64,000 bases of DNA, taken from assembly GCA_005888595.1 (NCBI GenBank), contig VBAL01000114.1:573-64572 (forward strand). Reading direction: 5' to 3'. Of the stretch, positions 26,443 to 37,375 are shown piece after piece. The stretch comes from Candidatus Segetimicrobium genomatis. GTDB lineage: Bacteria; Sysuimicrobiota; Sysuimicrobiia; Sysuimicrobiales; Kaftiobacteriaceae. Below the pieces are notes generated by a model that was not told the DNA's origin, ran no database searches, and was given only the letters and a program-made list of their open reading frames with translations. Within the stretch, counting starts at the first letter, position 1; every line of letters begins with the position of its first letter. The position numbers and the translations under genes are program-made.

Positions 26443-27447
26443 CTACCTATCAAGTTGGTACGGCACCAGGCGCACCGGTGCGCCGTCGGTGGCAGCGCTT
26501 CGATAGCAGGCGGCGACGAACTCGACGGCGCGGAGGGCATCTTCCGCGGTTGGCCCCCCGGCCTGGCCACGCCCCATAGCCTCGATGAAGACGCGGACCT
26601 CCTGCGCGTAGCCCAGGCGTTCCGGCACTGGGAACGCGCTGAAATCTCTGGTCACGGCCGGCTGATCCCGCGCCGGCGTGTACGTCAGCCGTTCGAACCC
26701 CTCGGTGACGATCGCCGCGTGGTCCCCGAAGAACTCGACGCGCTCCAGCGGGGCGGTCCACGTAGCGTGCCCGCACGTCGAGAACGCGACCAGCGCGCCG
26801 CTGGTGAATCGGAGCAGCATGACCGCATCATCCTGGTCCGGATAGCAGGATGATCGGGCCAGGCAGCGGACCTCCTGGACCGGGCCGAGCAGCCAGCGTC
26901 CCAGATCCAGCAGGTGAATCGCCGTGTCGTACATGAATCCCCCCGAGATCTTGGGGTCGCTGAACCACGCCGGCGTGCGCATGTCTCCGTCGTTCATCTT
27001 CATCGTCCCCGAAAACACCCCGACCCCGCCGGTGAGCAGTTCGCGGACCCCGATGTAGACCGGCGCGAATCGCCGGTTGAATCCCAACTGGTAGAGGCAG
27101 CCGGTGCGCTCCACGGTCCGCAGGACGCGGCGCGCATCCTCGACGGTCGTGGCCATCGGCTTTTCGCAAAAGACATCCACGCCGCGTTCGAGCGCAGCGA
27201 TCGATGCAGCCGCGTGGTGAATGTTGGGGACGACAATCACCACGGCGTCGGGGCGCAGCTCCAGCAGCGTGTCGAGGTCCGGGCACGGCGTCGCGCCGAT
27301 CGCGGCGGCGGCAGATCTGGCCCGCTGCTCATCCGCGTCCGCGACTCCCACGACCGTCGTACCCGGAACAGCCGAGAAGTGGCGCACGTGCGCCGCGCCC
27401 ATCTGTCCCGCACCGTACACTCCGATCCGCACCGTCGCCTCCTCCAT
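26443..27447 (-). CDS. Gfo/Idh/MocA family oxidoreductase, paralogue of 6890..7873
   Basis: ATG 27447 (MEEATVRIGVYGAGQMGAAH). CEKPMATT motif, GFNRRFAP, FSTCGHATW shared with the 6890 gene. ORF track start 27507 is an N-extension. Confidence 0.85.
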   Translation of the reverse strand: MEEATVRIGVYGAGQMGAAHVRHFSAVPGTTVVGVADADEQRARSAAAAIGATPCPDLDTLLELRPDAVVIVVPNIHHAAASIAALERGVDVFCEKPMATTVEDARRVLRTVERTGCLYQLGFNRRFAPVYIGVRELLTGGVGVFSGTMKMNDGDMRTPAWFSDPKISGGFMYDTAIHLLDLGRWLLGPVQEVRCLARSSCYPDQDDAVMLLRFTSGALVAFSTCGHATWTAPLERVEFFGDHAAIVTEGFERLTYTPARDQPAVTRDFSAFPVPERLGYAQEVRVFIEAMGRGQAGGPTAEDALRAVEFVAACYRSAATDGAPVRLVPYQLDR

Positions 27448-27602
27448 GTGGGTGTGAATTCTTCGACGTCGGACGGGCGGCAACATTTCGTCTTCCCCAT
27501 TTCGCACACTCGGCCAGACGGAGACGGGGACAGGAGGGAGCCCCGTCGGCGCGAACTAGCAGAGTGTCCCCCTGAGAACAGGTACTGTGAGGAGGGAGAG
27601 GA

Positions 27603-29181
27603 ATGTTTATGCGCGCCGTTGTGGCGCTTGGAGCTGCTGCAGCGCTGGCGGTCCTCGTCGCCGGCGGCCCGACGACGTCTGCCGCGAACGGCTGGGCTGG
27701 CAGCGTAGCCTTTACCAACCAGGTGGCCAGTTCGCCGAGCAGCGGCGGCGGCTACCCGGTTCCGCCCGGTTCGCGGGTGCCGGTCGCAGGGACGTGCGGC
27801 GCTGGGCCGTTCAATGCCAACTATTCGGAGTCGTGGATCGCCGTCGAGCCGGGTACGGAAGACCTTGTCGGCAGCTCGAAGTTTTTCTTTGATAAGTACA
27901 GCACGTTCTACATGTTCTACCTCGGCGCCCACCAGATCTTTAACGGCGCCCCGGCCGGCAACAATCAGATCCAGGGCTACGATTGCCTCTCCGCCGTGCC
28001 GGGCACGATCACCCAGGACATGCCGCCGAGCTGGACCGATACCACCGATCCCAACGCCGACTTTGATACACAGGGCCGCGTATACCAGACGATGCTGCCG
28101 TTCCGTCACTGGGTCAGGGGCAACGGCGGCCAGGCGCTCGAGGCGACGAACAACGCCTCGGCCAAGCAGGCCGGTCATGTGGAAGATAAGCAGTGGATCG
28201 CCGTAAACCACATCCCCGGACACCCATTTCAGGATCACGTCTACGCGGCGTGGGCGGTCTTCAACGGCAGCTCAAATGGCCAGGGGATCAAAGTTCGCCT
28301 CGCGGTCTCGCGGGACCGCGGCCAGACCTTTGATAAGGCTGTGACGATTAGCCCCCCTTCGCAGGTCGGCCCGGCCGCCACCTTCGTCTACCCGTCGATC
28401 GACGCCGCCGGGACTCTCTACGTGGCGTTCGTCTCCTTCCCGCCCAATGGCTCGGCCTCGACCATCTACGTCGCCCGCTCAACCGATGACGGCATCTCCT
28501 TTACGCCGTTCGTCCCTGTGACCATCGTGAACATCATCACCACCGCGACCGGAGGTCTGCCGAACACGAGGTTCCGCGATCACCTATGAGGACTGGGACG
28601 GCACGCAGATGGACGTGAAGTTTACGCAGTCCGCCGACGGCGGTGTGACCTGGACGACGCCGGTTGTGGTCAACGACAACGTGGACGCGCCAACGACGCC
28701 CACCGATCAGTTTCAGCCGACGGTCGCCGCCGGGCCGGCAGGGGCGGTCGCGATCACCTTCTACGATCGGCGTAAGGCCTGCCCGAGCGACGCCAGTGTG
28801 TTGGCAGCGGACGTGGGGCGAACGAACTTTTGCATCGACGTGTCACTGCAGGCTTACAAGGATAACGGCATCGCCGCAGGCGCAGTCCCAGTTGGCCACA
28901 ACGCGAGGATCACGAAGTTCACCTGGGATCCGGAGCAGCCGGGACAGCACCTCGGCGGCCTGTCCCAATACCCCTGCGCCGGGGCGCGTGATCCGTGTCC
29001 GGACGGCCGCGGTTTCATCGGCGACTACTTCGGGCTGGCGATCTCAGCCGGCAATATCTATGCGCTGTTCGTCTCGACGCACTACCCGTCGAACGTGACA
29101 GCGGACGAGGGCGTGCGTGTGTATTATCAACAACAGGTACTGGCGACGGTGAAACGGGCGGACGTGGGATCAGGTTACTAG
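27603..29181 (+). CDS. secreted BNR/Asp-box repeat protein (sialidase/glycoside-hydrolase-like beta-propeller); reading frame interrupted near 28570-28580
   Basis: Signal peptide MFMRAVVALGAAAALAVLVAGG. Asp-box motifs SRDRGQTF, STDDGISF, SADGGVTW. ORF 27603..28589 ends ...TRFRDHL* while the +1 frame continues AITYEDWDGTQMDVKF... into ORF 28609..29181. Either a single gene with a 1-nt indel or a sequencing error. Confidence 0.6.
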
Positions 29182-29250
29182 ACGAGTTGGTGCGCGGAAA
29201 AGGGCGGGGCCCGAAACCGGGCCCCGCCTCACGTTTCCTGTTCCATCCGG

Positions 29251-30831
29251 TCAGCTGACCGGGCGCGGTTCCGCGTCCAGTTCCGCGGCGCACACCACCG
29301 GATGCTGCCGGTCGGTCGATTCCACGGCGTTCTGTGCCGCGAAGATAAGCTCGCCGCCGTTCACCGCGTCGTCGGGGAAGCTGGCAATGCCGACCCGAAG
29401 TTCAACAGCGGCGTCCGTGTGGACCAATTGCTTCAGCGCCTCGTCCTCCTGGAGTTGACGCTGGAGCCGGTTCACGAACTTCTTCGCGCTGGTCTGGGTG
29501 GCCATGGACAGCATCACCAGCAGCGCTCCCCCATCCGTGCGAGCCATGATGTCGGCGCGCCGGATGGTGCCGAGCACGAGTTCTGCGAATCGTTTGTGGA
29601 CAAGATCCGCCGCGGCGTCAGTTAGGATCAGGTTGAGGATCGCAAACGGCACTCCCAGCTGCGTGGCTCGCTTGATCTCGTCCGAGAGGATGTCGTCGAA
29701 CTGGTCCCGGGTAAACAGACGGGTCTCGGGCTTGGCCGTGGCAAGGCGCTGCAGGTTTTCCAGCAGTGAGGCGCGATCGAGCGCGATTCCGGCCTGACTG
29801 GCCATGTGACCCAGCACTGCCACCGAGTGTCGGGCAGGATTCCATTGGTCATCCCCGCCGGCGCACAGGATCCCCAGGAGCCGCCCCGCCAGCATGATAG
29901 GGGCGCACACGGCGCGCATCCAGGCCTCATCCTGGACTTCCACCGTCACCGGATTTGTGGTGTCGGTTGTCACTTTGCCCGTGCACGCGCGCATGAGCGG
30001 GGCCGCCTCTCGATCAGTCAGCCCCATGGCATAGGCCAGATCGAGATCACCGGCGGTGTGGTTGGTCAGGAACACGGCCCCATAGGGGGCCCGCAGCAGC
30101 TGCTGCGCGGCTTCAGTCACCTTCACGAGGACAGCGGCCGTGTCGGTGACGCCCGCCAGCCCGCGGGAGAGATCATACGCGAATTCCAGCTCGCCCAGGC
30201 GGCGCCGGAGCTGTTCGGTCGATTCGGCCAGCCGGTCATTGAGTTCCCGGTTCTTGCGTCCGTGTTCTTTCAGCAGGCGACTCTCCTGGGCCATGATGCC
30301 GAAGATCAGCGCCGTCACCAGGCTGCTGCCGGTAAACAGGCCGACCCGCAGCGTCGTCGACCCCAGAGACGGCAGCCCGCCCTCTGCCACGTTCCACATC
30401 CAGATGACGATTCCGGATACGGCCACCGCCGACAGGATCGCTTCGCGTAACTCCAGGCGGATCGCCGCGGCCAGGACCGGAAGGTAGAACAGGAAGAGGA
30501 GGCTGCTGTTGATCCCGCCCGTATACCAGACCAGCGCGGCAATCGCCAGGATGTCGATGGTCAGGAATACGTCTTGCCGCAGCACTCCGCGGAGGCGCGG
30601 CAGGACAATCAGGGCGATGAGGATGTAACATGCCAGGAGCGCGGTGAGGCCGATCAACACGAGCTGGGTTTCGGGAGGGACCACATCCCACCACAGGATC
30701 GGGAGGAGCGCAAAGAGGATGAGGAGGCGAATCAGGGAGACCTTGCGCTCGACATGACCTTCCGGCTGGCGGCTGGGCAGGTCGGCGCGAACAAAGTTGC
30801 GAATGTTTTGCAATGCTCCAGTCCTGCGCAA
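29251..30831 (-). CDS. membrane sensor protein: 5-6 TM helices + GAF domain + degenerate GGDEF domain (likely non-catalytic)
   Basis: N-terminal hydrophobic helices. Central GAF-like region. C-terminal GGDEF-fold region with the signature replaced (ARTDGGALLV instead of RxGGDEF/GGEEF). Confidence 0.65.
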   Translation of the reverse strand: MRRTGALQNIRNFVRADLPSRQPEGHVERKVSLIRLLILFALLPILWWDVVPPETQLVLIGLTALLACYILIALIVLPRLRGVLRQDVFLTIDILAIAALVWYTGGINSSLLFLFYLPVLAAAIRLELREAILSAVAVSGIVIWMWNVAEGGLPSLGSTTLRVGLFTGSSLVTALIFGIMAQESRLLKEHGRKNRELNDRLAESTEQLRRRLGELEFAYDLSRGLAGVTDTAAVLVKVTEAAQQLLRAPYGAVFLTNHTAGDLDLAYAMGLTDREAAPLMRACTGKVTTDTTNPVTVEVQDEAWMRAVCAPIMLAGRLLGILCAGGDDQWNPARHSVAVLGHMASQAGIALDRASLLENLQRLATAKPETRLFTRDQFDDILSDEIKRATQLGVPFAILNLILTDAAADLVHKRFAELVLGTIRRADIMARTDGGALLVMLSMATQTSAKKFVNRLQRQLQEDEALKQLVHTDAAVELRVGIASFPDDAVNGGELIFAAQNAVESTDRQHPVVCAAELDAEPRPVS

Positions 30832-30905
30832 CTTGGGCTCCTTCGGGGGGCACCTGCTAATGTCTTATACCTCAGCGGGGTGCGGCTGAGTCGTCGCCTT
30901 GCCGA

Positions 30906-33293
30906 TCACAGCTCCATTTCGAGGAACGTTGCGACAACCGCGGGGTCAAAATGCTTCCCGGCCTGCTCACGGATGTAGGCCAACGCCTTTTCCTTCGGCC
31001 AGGCTCTCCTGTACGGGCGGTCAGACGTCAGCGCGTCGTACACGTCGATCACGGCGAAGACGCGGGACGCCACGGGAATCTCCTCGCCTTTCAACCCCCG
31101 CGGATACCCGCTGCCGTCCCACTTCTCATGGTGGCAGTAGGGGATGTCCACAGCCAGGCGGAGATAGTGGATCGGCGACAGTAGTTCATAGGCGTACGTC
31201 GGATGTTTCTTCATGACCACCCACTCCTCATCGGTGAGCGGCCCCGGCTTCAGCAGGATGCTGTCTGGGATACCCATCTTCCCGATGTCGTGCAACAGCG
31301 CCCCGCGGCGAATGTGGACGCGGTCTTGGTCTCCTACATGCAGGGCGCGAGCCAGCCGCTCTGTGAGCTTAGTCACCCGGAGGGTGTGGCCTTCGGTTTC
31401 CTTGTCCCGCAGGTCTAGGGCTTTGGACCATCCTTCCAGCGTGGTATCGTAGGCCATCGTCAAATCGGTGTTGACACGCTGCAGGTTGTCAAACAGCGTG
31501 GAGTTGTCAATCGCAATCGCCGCCTGGCCCGCCAGCGCCTCCAGAAAGCTGAGCCAATCCTGAGTTGGATTCAGGGGGGCGCGGTGCAAGACCTCAAGCA
31601 CTCCTTTGACCTGCCCCTTGGCGATCAACGGAACGGCGAAATAGGAGACGAACTCTTCTTCGGGGAGCTTCACGGACCGCGCAAATTCCGACATCTCCGC
31701 GGCGAGGTCCGGGACGCTGATCACGCGCCGTTCCATGGCGGCCCGCCCGGCATGTCCTTCCCCCAGGCGGAGGTTCGCATGCCGCAGCGCCTTGCCGCGA
31801 AACCCGCGATTGATTTCAAAGCGGAGGGTCTGCGAATATGGATCGAACAAGAGGACGGTGGCGGCATCAGTTTTCAAGTGTGTCGTGACCTGATCGAGTA
31901 TGACATTGAGGGTGACTCGCAGATCGAGGCTGGCGGTGATGGCCATGTCGATGTTGCGAAGGGCCTGGAGTTGCTGCAGGCGTTCCCCCGCCTCTGCGAA
32001 TAGGCGGGCATTTTCCAGGGCAGCGGCTGCTTGATTGGCGAAGGCCTGGAAGAACTCGGTGCGGGCGGGTCCGAAGAAGTTGTCCTGATCGCCGTGCAGA
32101 ACGAGAACGCCGAACGGCTTGTCCCGGCTGATCAATGGAAATGCTCCTGCGCCCTTGACGCCCAGGCCGGTCAGGATGTCGCGGCGGATGAGCGACGCGT
32201 CGGACGCAATGTTGTCCACCACGACGGGGAATCCGGACCGGATTGCCCGACCGCTTGGTCCCTGGCCGGCAGGCGACTCATCCCAGCGCGGGGCGAGGTC
32301 TCTTAGATACTCATCTTTATCCGGCCAGTGGGCCAACCGTCGAATGGCCCCACCGGGTTCAGCGTGACCGATCCAGGCGAAGCGGGCGCCGAATGTCTTC
32401 ACCGCTGTCTCTACGACGTAACGCGCCAGCTGGTCCAGGTCGAGACTCTGTGATAGTTTCTGCGCGGTGGCGTAGAGCGCGCTGAGCGTTTCCAACTGAC
32501 GCTCGATCTGCTCATCGGCGTGCTTCTGCTCGGTGATGTCGCGCGAGATGTTCAACACGCCGACCAGCTGTCCGGCGCCGTTGCGGAGCGGCACCCTGGT
32601 GGTGGAATGCCACCGCACGTTATTCGCACTGTCGACCGTGCGTGACTCCGCTTTTACCATCGGCTGTTCTGTACGCAGGACGGCCCGGTCGGCCTCGGCG
32701 TACTGCGCTGCCAGCTCGTGTGGGAAGACGTCGAACGCCGTCTTGCCGACGAGCTCTTGTGATGTCGCCTTTCCGAGGAAATTTGCATACGCATCATTGA
32801 CCAACATGTACCGGCTCTCAAGATCCTTCACCGTGATGTAATCAGGCACGGTGGTGACCATGGTGTGCAGCAGATTGCGCGCCATGGCCAGTTCCTCTTT
32901 GGCCTTCCGTTCCTCATCGCGCAGATGCTTCGCTTCGAGCGCCCGGTTCACCGCCGCTCCCAGCCGGATGAGCCGATCCTTGAGCAAGTAGTCCGATGCC
33001 CCTTGCTGCATGGCGTTGACCGCGACCTCTTCTCCGATGCTGCCGGAGACGATAATGAGCGGGATATCTAACCCCCGATCCTTCAAAATTTGGAGGGCGC
33101 GGAGCCCCGTAAATTGAGGCATATGAAAATCCGCGAGGATGATGTCGGGATGAGGATTGAGCTGGCTCAAAAAGTCCCGCTCTGAATCGACTCTCTGCCA
33201 GTCGAACGTGAAGCCGGCGCGCTGGAGCTCCGCGGCCATCAGCTCGGCGTCCGCCGGACGGTCTTCCACGACAAGCACGCGGAGACGATTCAT
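30906..33293 (-). CDS. response regulator receiver-PAS-GAF-GAF-HD-GYP protein (putative c-di-GMP phosphodiesterase)
   Basis: N-terminal REC (LVVEDRPADAEL...ILADFHMP, phospho-acceptor Asp in ILAD). PAS. Two GAF. C-terminal HD-GYP (HDIGK ... HHEKWDGSGYP). Confidence 0.85.
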   Translation of the reverse strand: MNRLRVLVVEDRPADAELMAAELQRAGFTFDWQRVDSERDFLSQLNPHPDIILADFHMPQFTGLRALQILKDRGLDIPLIIVSGSIGEEVAVNAMQQGASDYLLKDRLIRLGAAVNRALEAKHLRDEERKAKEELAMARNLLHTMVTTVPDYITVKDLESRYMLVNDAYANFLGKATSQELVGKTAFDVFPHELAAQYAEADRAVLRTEQPMVKAESRTVDSANNVRWHSTTRVPLRNGAGQLVGVLNISRDITEQKHADEQIERQLETLSALYATAQKLSQSLDLDQLARYVVETAVKTFGARFAWIGHAEPGGAIRRLAHWPDKDEYLRDLAPRWDESPAGQGPSGRAIRSGFPVVVDNIASDASLIRRDILTGLGVKGAGAFPLISRDKPFGVLVLHGDQDNFFGPARTEFFQAFANQAAAALENARLFAEAGERLQQLQALRNIDMAITASLDLRVTLNVILDQVTTHLKTDAATVLLFDPYSQTLRFEINRGFRGKALRHANLRLGEGHAGRAAMERRVISVPDLAAEMSEFARSVKLPEEEFVSYFAVPLIAKGQVKGVLEVLHRAPLNPTQDWLSFLEALAGQAAIAIDNSTLFDNLQRVNTDLTMAYDTTLEGWSKALDLRDKETEGHTLRVTKLTERLARALHVGDQDRVHIRRGALLHDIGKMGIPDSILLKPGPLTDEEWVVMKKHPTYAYELLSPIHYLRLAVDIPYCHHEKWDGSGYPRGLKGEEIPVASRVFAVIDVYDALTSDRPYRRAWPKEKALAYIREQAGKHFDPAVVATFLEMEL

Positions 33294-33300
33294 TGCACTC

Positions 33301-33744
33301 TCAGAGCGCCGGAGGCTGGTTCAGCAGCGTCCAGTAGAGTCCCAGTTGCCGGACGGCTTCAGTGAACTGGGTGAAGTCAACGGGCTTGACGATGTAGCTA
33401 TTAACGCCCAGACGATAACTTTCCACGACGTCCCGCTCCTCTTTGGACGAGGTGAGCACAACCACCGGCACATTCCGGGCCTGCGCATCGCTCTTAATTT
33501 GCCGCAGCACCTCCAGCCCGTCCACTTTCGGGAGCTTCAAATCCAGCAGGATCACCCGCGGGCCTTCCCGTAGGCTGCGACCATTGTAGGCGCCCTTGCC
33601 GAAGATGAACTCCAGCGCCTCGGCTCCATCTCGGACCAGATGGATCCGATTCGTGACGTTGTTCTTCCTGAGCGCACGGAGAGTTAACTCCGCGTCACTG
33701 GGGTTATCTTCAACTAACAGAATTTCGACCGGATCCCCCGCCAT
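33301..33744 (-). CDS. single-domain response regulator (CheY-like REC)
   Basis: ATG 33744 ([20 protein letters not shown]...[12 protein letters not shown]...). ORF track start 33945 overlaps the kinase gene. Chosen start overlaps the kinase 3' end by ~35 nt. Confidence 0.75.
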   Translation of the reverse strand: MAGDPVEILLVEDNPSDAELTLRALRKNNVTNRIHLVRDGAEALEFIFGKGAYNGRSLREGPRVILLDLKLPKVDGLEVLRQIKSDAQARNVPVVVLTSSKEERDVVESYRLGVNSYIVKPVDFTQFTEAVRQLGLYWTLLNQPPAL

Positions 33745-36172
33745 GGGAATCGCCCCCCAACGTGAAATAGAATGTCGCGCCCTTGTCCACGGCTGCTTCT
33801 GCCCAGATGCGGCCGCCATGCCGGTGAATGATGCGCTGCACAATCGCGAGACCGACTCCCGTTCCTTCGTACTCCTCGGCGCGATGAAGCCGCTGGAAGA
33901 CTCCAAAGAGTTTCCCCATGTATTGCATGTCGAAGCCGACTCCATTGTCTTTCACGACATACACCGGCTCGCCATCGTCCGTCTGGGAGCGTACTTCGAT
34001 GCGCGCCTCTTCTCTGGTGCGCGTGAACTTGAGGGCGTTGGAGAGGAGGTTGGCAAAGACCTGCCTCAAGAGCGCTGGGTCCGCCTGGCACACCGGCAGA
34101 TCATTAATCGCGATGTGGACCGCCCGGCCCTCACGGTCGTGCTGCAGGTCCTTCACGACCTGCTCCACCAGGTCGGACGTATGCACTGGCTGCCTGTTCA
34201 CGGGCTGACGGCTGAGACGCGCGAAGGTGAGAAGATCGTCGATCAGATGACCCATCTGCTGCGCGTTTTCACGGACCAGGTGCAGATAACGCTGCGCCTC
34301 GTCCGGAAGCAGTGGCGCGAAGTCTTCGACCACCAGTCTCGAGAAACCGTCCATGGCCCGCAGCGGGGCGCGGAGATCATGCGCGACCGAGTAGCTGAAT
34401 GACTCCAGTTCATTGTTGGCGGCCTTGAGCTGGGCCGTGCGCTCAACGACCCGGCGTTCCAGGTCCTCTTTCGCGGTCTCCAATGCTTGATACAGTCGCG
34501 CATTGACAATGGTGAGCGCTGCACGCTCCGCGAGTGCTGTCGCAAATTCCAAATCCTCAGGGCCATAGCCCGGCGCTTCCGGCTGATGCCGCGAAAGGGA
34601 CAGAATGCCGATCGTTCTCCCCTGCACCCGAAGGGGAACCATCAGCAGGCTTCGGGACGCCACCCGGTCAAGAAGCGGCCAATACTCCTCCTTGGTGGCT
34701 TGGCGAAGGCTGGCGACCGACACCTGGGGGACCAGGAGGGGCTCGCCCTCCCTGAAGACCTTACTCGACATGGTATTGTCGGCAACCCGAATGGGGGAGG
34801 CCGCGAGCACCGCGCGGGCAAACGCCATGGCGTCCGGATCCTGATCATAAAGCGCCACGGGCTCGAGCCATACTCCGTCCGCGGAGACGAGGAAGATCAC
34901 ACACGTATCCCCAACGAACTCCGCGACGCGGTGTGCAACACGCGTGAGCAAGCCTTCATAGTCGCGCGTACTCTCCGCGAACGTGTGCGAAGATTCAGCC
35001 AATGCTTCTGCGCGGCGGAGATGACGCTGAATTTGCTCCGCCATCTTGTCAAATGCCCTGGCCAGATCCCCGAACTCATCAGTCCTGTGGGCCAGTCCGG
35101 TACGCGCCGTCAGGTCTCCCGTGGCGATCGTGGCGGCCTGGTGTGCCAGGTGCAGGATGGGCTGCGTGAAACGCCTCGCCAGCAGGTACGAAAGCGCGAC
35201 TCCGGCCAGCACGATGGCCACTTCAAGGAGGGCGACGATCGCACGGAAACGGGACAGGGACGCGTAGGCCTCCGCCGCGTCAAGTTTGACGACAAGGCCC
35301 CAATCTCGGTAACCCACCGGTCGATAGGCGGCCAGGACCTCGACGCCGCGATAGTCCCGGGGATGCAGGAGGCCCGACTGCCCATGGACGGCGAGTGCCA
35401 TGGCGGGCATCCGGCCAACAGGAATGTCCGTGAGTTGTGGGGCGTTGTGTGCAGGCAGAAGAAGATGGATCGTCGAGTCGCGCAGCGTTCCGACCAGGGT
35501 TTCTCCGCTTTCCCCGAGTCCCGTTTGGCCGGCGAGGAGGTCGGCCATCGGTTGGACATCGAGGACCACGATGACCACGGCGAGAAATTGTCCATCATTG
35601 CCCGCGACGGGGGCCGTCAGCAGTGACTGGTACGTTTCTCCCGTGCGGCGGGGTGCGCCCAACGTGCTCTGCCGGCGCCCCTCCACAAAATCGGGATCCA
35701 TGCCGTAATCATTGCCGACACTCGTCTCATCTGTCGCTGTGATGATTGTCCCGTGTGGGTCGGCGATGGAGATGCTGACGAAGTCTTTGGCGCTACGGCG
35801 TGCGTCGGCGAGAATCTGCGCGGACTGCCGCCGGAACTCGTCCCCGGCAATCTTTCCGGCCGCGCGATCTGTGACGAGCTGGCGCAGTCGGGTTCGGCTG
35901 GCGACCAGCCCGACCAGTTCCTGCTGCTGGTGGATGTAGTTTTGCAGGAGAGCCTGACGGTCTGTTGCCGCGAGTGAGAGCCGCTGGTCGATTTCGCCGC
36001 GCACCATACGGCGGGCAAAGCTCTCCGACGCCAGAATCAACATTCCTCCGGTGACGATGGTCACCATAGCCACAAACGCCGTCTGCTTAAGGAGAAGCGA
36101 CGAGCGGAGGGTCCAACGCATCCTAGGTTGGTTGGTGGAATGACGTGTGCGCATCTCCTGGCCTTCTCGCAC
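33710..36172 (-). CDS. sensor histidine kinase: N-terminal TM + extracytoplasmic dCache-like domain + TM + HAMP + GAF + HisKA + HATPase_c
   Basis: H-box [15 protein letters not shown]1 and G2 boxes ([25 protein letters not shown]). HAMP after second TM ([25 protein letters not shown]). Start uncertain (GTG 36172, ATG 36154 or ATG 36121). Confidence 0.8.
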   Translation of the reverse strand: MREGQEMRTRHSTNQPRMRWTLRSSLLLKQTAFVAMVTIVTGGMLILASESFARRMVRGEIDQRLSLAATDRQALLQNYIHQQQELVGLVASRTRLRQLVTDRAAGKIAGDEFRRQSAQILADARRSAKDFVSISIADPHGTIITATDETSVGNDYGMDPDFVEGRRQSTLGAPRRTGETYQSLLTAPVAGNDGQFLAVVIVVLDVQPMADLLAGQTGLGESGETLVGTLRDSTIHLLLPAHNAPQLTDIPVGRMPAMALAVHGQSGLLHPRDYRGVEVLAAYRPVGYRDWGLVVKLDAAEAYASLSRFRAIVALLEVAIVLAGVALSYLLARRFTQPILHLAHQAATIATGDLTARTGLAHRTDEFGDLARAFDKMAEQIQRHLRRAEALAESSHTFAESTRDYEGLLTRVAHRVAEFVGDTCVIFLVSADGVWLEPVALYDQDPDAMAFARAVLAASPIRVADNTMSSKVFREGEPLLVPQVSVASLRQATKEEYWPLLDRVASRSLLMVPLRVQGRTIGILSLSRHQPEAPGYGPEDLEFATALAERAALTIVNARLYQALETAKEDLERRVVERTAQLKAANNELESFSYSVAHDLRAPLRAMDGFSRLVVEDFAPLLPDEAQRYLHLVRENAQQMGHLIDDLLTFARLSRQPVNRQPVHTSDLVEQVVKDLQHDREGRAVHIAINDLPVCQADPALLRQVFANLLSNALKFTRTREEARIEVRSQTDDGEPVYVVKDNGVGFDMQYMGKLFGVFQRLHRAEEYEGTGVGLAIVQRIIHRHGGRIWAEAAVDKGATFYFTLGGDSHGGGSGRNSVS

Positions 36173-36331
36173 TGCTCTAGTTAGCGTTCCCAGGCCAGCC
36201 GGATGCTAGTCTAGTCGGGCTTGATGTCTTTCCTCGCCCCCCTGCAGGAGTACACTCGCTCGTCCTCCTAAAGATCTGCGAACGGGTAGCAGGATGAACG
36301 CCGGAACCTGCCAATCACGTTATGCGAGACG

Positions 36332-37366
36332 ATGCCGCGGGCGAGCGATTTCTTCCCCCTCGGGCAGTTGCGTGTTGGACCGTCTGGTGCGATGACGGAC
36401 GTGCCGGGCGTGCGGGTCGGACATGCGTCGCTCCGCTCCGGCGCCCTCCGCACCGGCGTCACCGCCATCCTGCCGCACGGCCGTAACGTGTATCGAGAGA
36501 AAGTCACCGCGGCCTGCGCGGTGCTCAACGGGTACGGAAAATCGATCGGGCTGCTGCAGGTGGAAGAATTAGGCACCGTCGAGACCCCCATCCTGATCAC
36601 CAGTACGCTGAATGTGCCCCGCGTGGCCGATGCGCTGATCAGTTACATGCTGATGCAGGACGACACAATCGGCGTCGCCGAAACCGTCAACCCGGTGGTG
36701 CTGGAGTGCTTCGATGGGTACCTCAGCGATGCGCGGGCCCGGGCGGTCGGAGAGCGAGAAACGTCCGAGGCCATCCGGTCGGCCTCCGATGGGCGGGTGG
36801 CCGAAGGATGCGTGGGCGCGGGCATGGGGATGCGGTGTCAGGGCTTCAAGTCTGGGATCGGCACCTCTTCCCGCCTGGCAGGTGAGTCAGGGTACACGGT
36901 CGGCGTGCTGGCCGTTCCCAACTTCGGCTTTCCCGGAGACCTGGTCATCGCCGGCGTTCCGGTGGGAAAGGAACTGGCGACGGCGGGCCAGCCGTCAGAG
37001 CGGGGATCGTGTATCTTTGTCGTCGCCACCGACGCGCCGCTGGCATCCTTAGACCTCCGGCGGCTGGCGTGGCGGTGTTTTCTAGGGATGGCCCGCACCG
37101 GTGCCATCAGCGGGCACACTAGCGGAGATCTGGCCGTAGCCTTCTCGACGCATCCCCGGCAAGAGCGGCAGGAACGCGCAGTCTTGAATGGACTCTTCCG
37201 CGCCGCGGTCGAGGCGTCAGAGGAAGCCATCCTCAACGCGCTGTTTGCGGCCGAGACGACGGAAGGGCGGGACGGCCACGTGATGCCCGCATTGCCGATT
37301 CCCGAGGTCGTCATGATCCTCCGGCGCCACGGAGTCTCGCTGCGCAAAGTTGGGCAAGGGAATTAA
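36332..37366 (+). CDS. DmpA/OAT-family peptidase (L-aminopeptidase/D-esterase, S58/P1-type Ntn hydrolase)
   Basis: ITDVPGVRVGH N-terminal motif and family-wide conserved blocks. 344 aa. Confidence 0.7.
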   Translation: MPRASDFFPLGQLRVGPSGAMTDVPGVRVGHASLRSGALRTGVTAILPHGRNVYREKVTAACAVLNGYGKSIGLLQVEELGTVETPILITSTLNVPRVADALISYMLMQDDTIGVAETVNPVVLECFDGYLSDARARAVGERETSEAIRSASDGRVAEGCVGAGMGMRCQGFKSGIGTSSRLAGESGYTVGVLAVPNFGFPGDLVIAGVPVGKELATAGQPSERGSCIFVVATDAPLASLDLRRLAWRCFLGMARTGAISGHTSGDLAVAFSTHPRQERQERAVLNGLFRAAVEASEEAILNALFAAETTEGRDGHVMPALPIPEVVMILRRHGVSLRKVGQGN

Positions 37367-37375
37367 CGACAACAA

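Noticed and set aside
33745-33945. Response-regulator start at 33945 (214-aa ORF)
   Set aside because: The N-terminal 67 aa overlap the histidine-kinase HATPase coding region and lack REC features. The REC domain begins at [13 protein letters not shown] (ATG 33744).
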